Part shown: piece after piece, positions 56,927-64,000 of the stretch
How positions within the stretch are numbered: position 1 is the first letter of the stretch
How the letters are laid out: every line of letters begins with the position of its first letter
DNA from: a virus
Lineage: Duplodnaviria; Caudoviricetes
DNA length: 64,000 bases
IMG/VR virus record: IMGVR_UViG_3300020577_009873
Location: 4,638 to 68,637 of that record
Reading direction: 5' to 3' (one strand)
Position numbers and translations under genes: made by a program
The notes under the pieces: model-generated
Told to the model about the DNA's origin: nothing
What the model saw: only the letters and a program-made list of their open reading frames with translations
The model's database searches: none

Positions 56927-57934
56927 ATGAGGTATATTAAAAAATATGAATCTTATAATAAACTTGATGAAATATTAGATATATTTTTTGATCTTGAAGA
57001 AGAAGGATATTCGGTTAAAAGTGCAGAATCAAAAATAGTTGAAGATAGGGATGATTGGGGTGTAAATAATCTAAGATATGTTTATGGTAAAAAATTTATA
57101 AATTATAATAAGGATGTAATATTATCCAAAGGAGGGAAAGTCTATAAGGTTAAGGATGCTATTATTGTCAGAATATCAAAGACACATTATATAAAAAATC
57201 TGACAGATCGAAAAATAATAAAACATTGGAAAATACTAGACTCTGAAATATCTAAAAAAACAGATGTTATAAAAGAGAGATCTGAATTTTTAGGCTTAAA
57301 TTTATATGGAGTCATGGCTGAATGGTATCAACTTGGAAAGGCATCACATATAAAATCATCAGATGAGCCATATTTTGGTTATGATATGATTAATGACTGT
57401 TATACATTTGCATTTTATCCATCCGAAAAAGTACTTGAAAAATTTTATAATCCACCATCTGAAATAAAAGAAAAACTGCACTCTATTGTGAATGACTTAC
57501 TATCTAAATATGAAGGTGGTAAGCCATTTTTTGACGCATTGGATGATGCTATTAAGGATGTTTATAATGAAGATATGATTCTTGCTTTATTAAAGGGCAA
57601 TTCAAATGAATGGATAGCAGCATCTGGTGGATTTGGAGATAGGGTCTATAACCTATGGAAAAGGGGAAAATTTAGGTGTAAAGGAATAGTTGTCTTCAAT
57701 GGTAAAATGATGACAAATAAAACCGGAGTAAACAATTGGTATCCACCAGATTTCGATTTATCAAACAAGGATTATGTATATGTAGATGATTCTTATTTTT
57801 CTGGTGGAACTGCAAGAAAAATAAATGGATTTTTATCTGAACACAATTCAAAAATTAAACACGTATCTGTTATATATGACGGATCAAAGGAAAAAAGCAA
57901 ACTAGTTAAATCATTTTTTAGATACTACAAATGA
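56927..57934 (+). CDS. phosphoribosyltransferase-domain protein with N-terminal MRYIKKYE tag
   Basis: PRPP-binding motif YVYVDDSYFSGGT. Confidence 0.7.
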   Translation: MRYIKKYESYNKLDEILDIFFDLEEEGYSVKSAESKIVEDRDDWGVNNLRYVYGKKFINYNKDVILSKGGKVYKVKDAIIVRISKTHYIKNLTDRKIIKHWKILDSEISKKTDVIKERSEFLGLNLYGVMAEWYQLGKASHIKSSDEPYFGYDMINDCYTFAFYPSEKVLEKFYNPPSEIKEKLHSIVNDLLSKYEGGKPFFDALDDAIKDVYNEDMILALLKGNSNEWIAASGGFGDRVYNLWKRGKFRCKGIVVFNGKMMTNKTGVNNWYPPDFDLSNKDYVYVDDSYFSGGTARKINGFLSEHNSKIKHVSVIYDGSKEKSKLVKSFFRYYK

Positions 57935-58284
57935 AACACATAAAATTTAATCAAACAACTCTTTATAGACCAATTAATGATAAGGAATTAAAGTTGATAT
58001 CAAATAGTGGATATGCTAAATTTCCACCAAGACTTCCAGAACAGCCTATATTTTATCCAGTAACCAATATTGAATATGCTAGACAAATAACTGTCGAGTG
58101 GAATGTTCCAGCATATGGATGTGGATACGTTGTTGAATTTGATATGAATAGTAACTACCTTAAAAAATTTGATATACAAAATGTGGGTGGTGAAATACAC
58201 AATGAACTATGGATTCCGTCGGAAGAAATGGATGAGTTTAATGATAATATTATTGGTAAAATAAGGTTAGTAGAATCATACTAA
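57931..58284 (+). CDS. conserved protein of the family often labelled ADP-ribosylation/crystallin J1
   Basis: TLYRP...FPPRLPEQPIFYPV...HNELWIP. Confidence 0.7.
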   Translation: MKHIKFNQTTLYRPINDKELKLISNSGYAKFPPRLPEQPIFYPVTNIEYARQITVEWNVPAYGCGYVVEFDMNSNYLKKFDIQNVGGEIHNELWIPSEEMDEFNDNIIGKIRLVESY

Positions 58285-58310
58285 AAAAACCTCTCAATTC
58301 GAGAGGTTTT
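58285..58310 (+). terminator. intrinsic terminator
   Basis: AAAACCTCTC/GAGAGGTTTT. Confidence 0.7.
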
Positions 58311-58380
58311 AAAGTTATAATACGAGATTATAACGTGGCCTAAATGAGTATTCTATATATTATTTTTAATATATAGGGTA

Positions 58381-58848
58381 ATGAAATATCTAAATAAATT
58401 TTCAAAGTTCTTTAAAAGAAAAAATGAAAAAAAGGTTCCATTTAAACAAGTTTTAATAAACCTTCAAAAATTTATTGACTCAGTTTGTCCTGATGAAGTA
58501 TCAGTTCGATATCACCAAAAAATGGTGATAAATGATATTAAGGTTCAAAATTTTATACCTCCTGCTGATCAGATACCAAAGTCTTTAGGATTAGGCAGAA
58601 TTAAAATAACCTTACTACAAGATAATGAAAATTATATTTTAATTACTTTACCTTATAATGATCAAATGAAATTTGATATGTTATATTGGAGGGATTTTAT
58701 ATGTCAAGATGGATCAATGCAAAGAGTACCAACTAATACACCACCGGGATATTGGATTCCACAAATAAGTCATGGAGAAGAAGGATCTTTATTTGATAAA
58801 GTTAGGGAATATCTAATAGATAATAATCTGGTTGGTCCAGTTGATTAG
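58381..58848 (+). CDS. hypothetical protein with N-terminal MKYLNKF tag
   Basis: AATATATA upstream; paralog of 59658..59867. Confidence 0.75.
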   Translation: MKYLNKFSKFFKRKNEKKVPFKQVLINLQKFIDSVCPDEVSVRYHQKMVINDIKVQNFIPPADQIPKSLGLGRIKITLLQDNENYILITLPYNDQMKFDMLYWRDFICQDGSMQRVPTNTPPGYWIPQISHGEEGSLFDKVREYLIDNNLVGPVD

Positions 58849-58881
58849 TATATTTAATAAAATTTATTTTATATATAATAT

Positions 58882-59658
58882 ATGATTGATAATTTTAAGC
58901 AATTTGAATTAAATCAAAATTCATATTTCAATGCTGCTAAAAAGGCTGATGAATATGGTCTAAGTAAAAAATCAAAGAGATTATCCGAGTGGGGTAATAT
59001 TGCGGGAACCGTTAATAATAATGTGTCTCCTCATACCTTAGGATATTTTAATCTTGATATGAGTGTTTATAGAAGAAGATTTCAAAAACCTAACATGTAT
59101 AGACCAGATCGAATGGATAATTACACAGGTATTGAATGTTGGCCAACAAATTTAGAAATATCACAATTAAAAAATTTAAGCAATAGAACTACTGATATTG
59201 ACATAGTATATGATGGCCCGATTAAAGCTTATTTACGTGATATTTATTTAGACTGCAGAACTCATGCAAGTAATATTAGATTAGTGCCCTATTTTCATTT
59301 TTTTGATAAAAATAATGATCCAATTTATGCAGACATTCCTGATCCTATTGTTATAGAAATTCCAATTTCTTGGACTATAAACAACGAACATGATAACCGA
59401 AATCCTGCAGAATTATATTTTAAAGTGAAAGGAGAATACAACATTCGTAGTCACGATGAAAGTCGGAAAAATATTCTATTTAATGATAGAAGATCTGCTA
59501 CAAAACTTAAAATGGTAATTAGTAAAATGGATGATTATTATAAAGATAAATATGATCAGGTCAGTGATTTCTTTAAAGAATATTCATATGCTGAGGAGTT
59601 TATCAAATTTTTAGGGATTCTAAAATCAATATCCGTTCATAAACTATATAAAGACTAA
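58882..59658 (+). CDS. hypothetical protein
   Basis: ORF starting MIDNFKQFE. Confidence 0.75.
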   Translation: MIDNFKQFELNQNSYFNAAKKADEYGLSKKSKRLSEWGNIAGTVNNNVSPHTLGYFNLDMSVYRRRFQKPNMYRPDRMDNYTGIECWPTNLEISQLKNLSNRTTDIDIVYDGPIKAYLRDIYLDCRTHASNIRLVPYFHFFDKNNDPIYADIPDPIVIEIPISWTINNEHDNRNPAELYFKVKGEYNIRSHDESRKNILFNDRRSATKLKMVISKMDDYYKDKYDQVSDFFKEYSYAEEFIKFLGILKSISVHKLYKD

Positions 59659-59867
59659 TGAAATATTTAAATATAAAATTATTAGAGGATGATGATACAT
59701 ATATTTTAATTTCACTAGGATATAATCATGATATGAAATTTGATATGATGACGTGGACAGAGAAAGCATCATGGATGAGACAAGTGAGTCATGGGTTAGA
59801 AGGATCTTTATTTGATAAAGTAGCAAATTATCTAACAGATAATGAATTAGTTGACCCTATTATTTAA
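59658..59867 (+). CDS. internally deleted paralog of 58381..58848
   Basis: shared MKYLN, YILI, MKFDM, SHG.EGSLFDKV..YL.DN.LV. Confidence 0.7.
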   Translation: MKYLNIKLLEDDDTYILISLGYNHDMKFDMMTWTEKASWMRQVSHGLEGSLFDKVANYLTDNELVDPII

Positions 59868-59872
59868 ATAAT

Positions 59873-59903
59873 TTTGGTGGGAATAAAAAAAATCGTATCT
59901 TTG
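59873..59903 (+). promoter_or_regulatory. Bacteroidota sigma-A promoter for the Ser/Arg module
   Basis: TTTG-N19-TATCTTTG; closely similar to the promoter at 53539. Confidence 0.8.
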
Positions 59904-59939
59904 TGAAAACAAAGGAATAAAAATATAATATATACAATT

Positions 59940-60005
59940 ATGAAAATGGTTAATACAAATACAAGTTCGTCACGTAGTTCTAACAGCTCGAAAATTCGAA
60001 GTTGA
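59940..60005 (+). CDS. Ser/Arg leader peptide MKMVNTNTSSSRSSNSSKIRS
   Basis: 8 Ser codons of five kinds plus CGT and CGA; AAATTCGAAGTT pairs with the terminator arm. Confidence 0.9.
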   Translation: MKMVNTNTSSSRSSNSSKIRS

Positions 60006-60032
60006 TTGTATTTCTATTGCTATACAATATTG

Positions 60033-60059
60033 AACCTCGAATTTAATTCGAGGTTTTTT
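60033..60059 (+). terminator. Ser/Arg attenuator terminator
   Basis: AACCTCGAAT-TTA-ATTCGAGGTT followed by TTTT. Confidence 0.9.
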
Positions 60060-60066
60060 GTTTTAT

Positions 60067-60139
60067 GGTTCCATCGTCCAACTGGATAGGACATGACCCT
60101 GCGAAGGTTAAGATATGAGTTCGAATCTCATTGGGACTT
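60067..60139 (+). tRNA. tRNA-Arg(GCG)
   Basis: TGACC-CTGCGAA-GGTTA; T-loop TTCGAAT. Confidence 0.88.
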
Positions 60140-60145
60140 CAAATT

Positions 60146-60234
60146 GGTGAGTTAAGCAGCTACATTGGAGTGGCGACCAGCTTTGAAACCTGGGTTTCGT
60201 TAAATCGGATGGGGGTCGGGTCCTCAGCTCACCG
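60146..60234 (+). tRNA. atypical tRNA-Ser(TGA)
   Basis: GGTGAGT/GCTCACC; CCAG-C-TTTGAAA-C-CTGG; long variable arm; T-loop GTCGGGT. Confidence 0.7.
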
Positions 60235-60238
60235 CAAT

Positions 60239-60326
60239 GGAGGGATGGCAGAGTTGGTCTATTGCACCTGACTTGAAATCAGGAGGTCGGGCAACCGATC
60301 CGTGGGTTCGAATCCTACTCCCTCCT
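60239..60326 (+). tRNA. tRNA-Ser(TGA)
   Basis: CCTGA-CTTGAAA-TCAGG; long variable arm. Confidence 0.92.
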
Positions 60327-60331
60327 CAAAT

Positions 60332-60404
60332 GTTCTTGTAGCTCAACGGTTAGAGTTTTCCGCTTCGAACGGAAAGGATGTAGGTTCGAATCCTACCAAG
60401 AATT
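60332..60404 (+). tRNA. tRNA-Arg(TCG)
   Basis: TTCCG-CTTCGAA-CGGAA. Confidence 0.88.
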
Positions 60405-60453
60405 CAAAAAAATTGAACTCACATTTTAATATATAGTGAAAATATGAGTTCAA

Positions 60454-61026
60454 ATGAAATACACAGTATATAAAATAACAAATTTAATAAACGGTAAAAT
60501 TTATATCGGAGTTCATAAAACAGAAAATTTAGACGATGGATATATGGGATCTGGTAAAAATATAAAAAGAGCTATTGACAAATATGGAATTCAAAATTTT
60601 AAAAAAGAATATATTAAAATATTTGACAATCAAGAAGATATGTTTAAAATGGAGTCTGAGTTGGTAAATGAGTTATTTTTATCTAGTCGTGAGAATTATA
60701 ATATAATGAAAGGAGGCCATGGAGGATTTGAACATATAAATAAAAATTGTTGGGATAAAGAAAGTAGAAAAAATCATTTACAAAAAATATACAATTTGGT
60801 TTCAGCTGAAAAAAGAAAGGATATCGGAGCATATATGGGTAAAAATTTTGGAGGTAGTAATAGATTAAGAGAGGATGTAATAAATTATAGATTAAAAATA
60901 CTCGAAACAGTTGACATGTCTAAATATGGTTGGGTAGAAAAAGCTAGTAAATTACTAAATATAACCCATACACAAGTTAGGAGATTTGTAAATAAATATT
61001 ATACGGGGGAATATTATAGAAGATAA
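60454..61026 (+). mobile_element. GIY-YIG (Seg-like) homing endonuclease inside the tRNA array
   Basis: TVYKITNLINGKIYIGVH...YMGSG...YN. Confidence 0.88.
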
Positions 61027-61115
61027 GGAGAGTAAAGTAGCCAGGGTGCTACCACCGCCTGCTAAGCGAGTGGATCGGGTAACTGATTACGTTTCGAGCA
61101 CGTTGCTCTCCTCCA
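61027..61115 (+). tRNA. tRNA-Ser(GCT) with 8/4 fold
   Basis: 8-bp acceptor GGAGAGTA/TGCTCTCC, 4-bp T-stem, 5-bp D-stem, encoded CCA. Confidence 0.8.
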
Positions 61116-61116
61116 T

Positions 61117-61205
61117 GGTAAAATACCCAAGAGGATGTAAGGGGCTCGCTTGGAAAGCGAGTAGGTCGGGAAACTGGCGCATGAGTTCGAATCTCATTTT
61201 TACCG
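61117..61205 (+). tRNA. tRNA-Ser(GGA)
   Basis: CTCGC-TTGGAAA-GCGAG; long variable arm. Confidence 0.9.
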
Positions 61206-61221
61206 CGAAAAAATTAAAATT

Positions 61222-61419
61222 ATGATTTTAGAAGAAAATATAAATGGATTAGTTTTTGTTGAACAAAGGACTTTTTATATCTATAAATCCGAAGAAGATA
61301 GAAAGAATGGAAAGTATTCATTTGTAACTTCTGATGAAGGTTTATTTTTAACTCACAAGGAAAACTTAAGAAAAAAATTGTCAGTTATAAGGGATGAAAA
61401 GATAGATAAAGTTTTATGA
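61222..61419 (+). CDS. hypothetical protein
   Basis: ORF ending RDEKIDKVL. Confidence 0.7.
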   Translation: MILEENINGLVFVEQRTFYIYKSEEDRKNGKYSFVTSDEGLFLTHKENLRKKLSVIRDEKIDKVL

Positions 61420-61438
61420 TCTTTTTAATATATATTCT

Positions 61439-61807
61439 ATGAAGTATATTAAATCCTTTAACGAATCAATTACGACATCAAAAATAGCATTTAATGAATT
61501 CGAAAGGTCTCATATAACAGTACCGTTTACATTGAATGAGGTAGATATAATTAAAAATAATATAGAAACTTCTGTTGTTCTTGGTACGAAAACTGATATT
61601 GAGCTAAATAATGGAAAATGGCAAATATATTATACAGATAAAATATTTATTTCATACTATATAACAAAATATGATGATGAATGGTGGACAGTTCGTAGAA
61701 TAGATTATGCTGGGAGAGAATCTTTATACATTTGTGACCAATTTGATGAATTAATATTATTATTAAAACAGTTAAGATATGATAATAGGAAATTGTCCAA
61801 TATGTGA
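61439..61807 (+). CDS. hypothetical protein with N-terminal MKYIKSFNE tag
   Basis: AATATATA upstream; DDEWW...YICDQFDEL. Confidence 0.75.
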   Translation: MKYIKSFNESITTSKIAFNEFERSHITVPFTLNEVDIIKNNIETSVVLGTKTDIELNNGKWQIYYTDKIFISYYITKYDDEWWTVRRIDYAGRESLYICDQFDELILLLKQLRYDNRKLSNM

Positions 61808-62069
61808 TAGAGAAATGTGGGATGATAGTTCATCTGATCGGCATCATTTCTATCCAAAGTGTAAAGGTGGAAAGGAAACAGAATGGGTGCATAGGGTATG
61901 TCATCGAAAAATACATTCTATTTTTACTGAAAATGAATTGGCTAAAAAATATAATAATGCCGATTTAATCCGAGAGCATCCTGAGATTATTAAATTTATA
62001 AAGTGGGTTTCTAAAAAAGAACCCAATTTTTATGATAGAACCATAACACATAATAGAAAAAAGAGATAG
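61779..62069 (+). CDS. small HNH-type nuclease
   Basis: CPICDR...HHFYPK..GG...HRVCHRKIH. Confidence 0.8.
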   Translation: MIIGNCPICDREMWDDSSSDRHHFYPKCKGGKETEWVHRVCHRKIHSIFTENELAKKYNNADLIREHPEIIKFIKWVSKKEPNFYDRTITHNRKKR

Positions 62070-62070
62070 T

Positions 62071-62523
62071 ATGAAAAATATTAAAGATTATCAAGAGCAT
62101 TTTAAAAAAATGAAAGAAGATCCGGAGTATAAAATGGATCATAATAGGAAAATAAAGGAACAACAAAAAGAAAAATTTCGTAATATTAATCCATTCGAAA
62201 CAGCTGATGATGTTCCAGATCTTCCGAGAGTGGATGAAAAAGAGTGGGTAGAATATTATGTCCCAATTTTAATTGAAAAGGGAGCTATTCCTAAAAAAGA
62301 CTTGGTAGATGGTGAGTGGTATTATGGGGAATTTAGAAATAGCAATTTTGGAAGATGGAATGCTAAAAAGCAAGTATTTGATCATATTAGATATAAGTTC
62401 GTATATAGATGGGACGAATGTAATCACTTTGAAGATGATAACGGATTTGCACTATTTGTTCCCATTCGAAAGGCAAATAAAGAAGAAATAGAAAAACAAG
62501 AAAAAATTATTAATACCCTATGA
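62071..62523 (+). CDS. hypothetical protein
   Basis: ORF. Confidence 0.7.
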   Translation: MKNIKDYQEHFKKMKEDPEYKMDHNRKIKEQQKEKFRNINPFETADDVPDLPRVDEKEWVEYYVPILIEKGAIPKKDLVDGEWYYGEFRNSNFGRWNAKKQVFDHIRYKFVYRWDECNHFEDDNGFALFVPIRKANKEEIEKQEKIINTL

Positions 62524-62993
62524 AAAAATATTATCAAACAGACGAATTACAAGAAATGATTGATTGGGACAATATCATGAAAATGAATAGATATGCTGGT
62601 GGTCATGACGATCAAATGATTGGATTATTTAAAGATTCAATTTTAATAGCACATTGGAATGAAAATGACTATCAAGGTATGGTAGCTACATGTGTAATGT
62701 TATCTGGGAAAGGCTTTGATGGTAAATTTGCTATCTATAATGACTATTATGGATCTTGTTCAGGATGCGATTCATGGGAGGGTGCTGATGATGATTCTGT
62801 TAAATCTATGTGTATTAATTTATCTAATGGTGCTTATGTCTTTAAAAACATAAATGATGTTATTCTGTTTTTAACAGTTGAGGATAAAGATAACTATTCT
62901 TGGAATGGAAAAGCTTCCTCTAATTTATTGTCAGAAATACTTAAGAATGTACAGATTCTTAGGAATATAAAGATTGAAAATATCATTTCATAA
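62520..62993 (+). CDS. hypothetical protein
   Basis: YGSCSGCD motif; ends RNIKIENII. Confidence 0.75.
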   Translation: MKKYYQTDELQEMIDWDNIMKMNRYAGGHDDQMIGLFKDSILIAHWNENDYQGMVATCVMLSGKGFDGKFAIYNDYYGSCSGCDSWEGADDDSVKSMCINLSNGAYVFKNINDVILFLTVEDKDNYSWNGKASSNLLSEILKNVQILRNIKIENIIS

Positions 62994-64000
62994 CAACTGT
63001 AACTTCCTTAGGATCTAATCTGTGATATCTATTACTTGAACTTAATACGGAATTAAAGGTAATTGGAAATTTAACATCATCCTTAAATACTATTTTCCTT
63101 GATTTGAATGTTAATTTATCCTTTATGACCTTAATCATTTGACCAATTATTTCATCTTTGGATGAAACCTTCAGAACAATTTCGTTATTCATTATTTTAT
63201 AATGTTCATTAACACCTGATATAAATAAGTTCTTGTCATAATTAATTGTAACATTACAGTTCTTTAACATAGTTAACTTTATAGGTAGACTATATTGTGG
63301 CTCTTTTAATATTATATCTTCAACTATAATATTTTCTGGTTCCATTGAAGAATATTCTTTCTCTGAAAAGTGATACTTTATATTAAAGTGATTATAATAA
63401 ACATGTTTATGCTTCGAAAATTGAAGTTTAGTATTATCAATTAAGCTTTTAACTTTCGATATATCAATTGTCTCACCTTTAACCATTTTACAATATTCCA
63501 TTAATAAAAAAATACTATTACTTTTTCGACTTTTTGATGCATAGTATAATATAACATCCGCATACCTTTTATCACGATCAATTTCACACATGTAATAGTC
63601 GATATCATATGTTAATTTATAATCCCAATTTTTATAATATTTCAAAACCTTATTAATAGAAGCACCATTAAACATACTTCTAGGTGCCTTGGAAGTTAGT
63701 AATATAAAATCGCTACTTAAATTATCTTTGATTTTATTAAATTGATTTTCAGTAGCAAAACAATGAGCAAACTTATTAACATCATCAATTGTTAGTATTT
63801 CAGCTTCTTTTTGATTAAGTAGTTTTCTAAAAACTTTAGCAATTATCCCCTCAATTTCAAATCCGCTTCGAGACCTAGATAGTTTCGATGATAAAATAGG
63901 AAGTAGTTGAGAAATTTCCTTTTTGTCTACTCTAGATGAGTTGAGAGCGTTCTCAATTTCTTTCAATGTTGATAATTTATTAATTTTTCTAAAGTCAAAT
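62983..64000 (-). CDS. hypothetical protein, probably 5'-truncated by the window edge
   Basis: at least 327 aa; track start is TTG near the edge. Confidence 0.65.
   Translation of the reverse strand, partial: FDFRKINKLSTLKEIENALNSSRVDKKEISQLLPILSSKLSRSRSGFEIEGIIAKVFRKLLNQKEAEILTIDDVNKFAHCFATENQFNKIKDNLSSDFILLTSKAPRSMFNGASINKVLKYYKNWDYKLTYDIDYYMCEIDRDKRYADVILYYASKSRKSNSIFLLMEYCKMVKGETIDISKVKSLIDNTKLQFSKHKHVYYNHFNIKYHFSEKEYSSMEPENIIVEDIILKEPQYSLPIKLTMLKNCNVTINYDKNLFISGVNEHYKIMNNEIVLKVSSKDEIIGQMIKVIKDKLTFKSRKIVFKDDVKFPITFNSVLSSSNRYHRLDPKEVTVVMK

Noticed and set aside
1-64000. Stop-codon reassignment, as seen in some large phages
   Set aside because: Conserved genes are intact under the standard code, TAG and TGA both end genes at sensible positions, and no suppressor tRNA was seen.

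Overview
AT-rich, gene-dense segment of a very large (jumbo/mega) tailed phage. The standard genetic code fits. TAnnTTTG -7 promoter boxes and the lack of obvious Shine-Dalgarno sites point to a Bacteroidota host. It encodes RecA/UvsX, a RuvC-like resolvase, NAD-dependent ligase, GreA, an ECF sigma factor, thioredoxin, SmpB, an S1-domain protein, five aminoacyl-tRNA synthetases (IleRS, GluRS, and shortened ValRS, HisRS and TrpRS), 17 tRNA or tRNA-like genes, five free-standing homing endonucleases and putative virion proteins. Main discovery: five unannotated leader-peptide attenuators (short ORF, antiterminator, intrinsic terminator). In each, the control codons match the downstream translation cargo: Ile to IleRS; Val to ValRS; His/Phe/Trp to HisRS, His/Phe/Trp tRNAs and TrpRS; Lys to four tRNA-Lys; Ser/Arg to six Ser/Arg tRNAs. 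This reads as a codon-specific sense-and-resupply system, including attenuation of tRNA-only arrays. The arrays also pair normal tRNAs with structurally altered ones. Other signals: a shared N-terminal tag on about 17 proteins including GluRS, a shared C-terminal tag on about 15 other proteins, and a ~300 nt structured RNA candidate near smpB. All calls were made by eye, without database searches.
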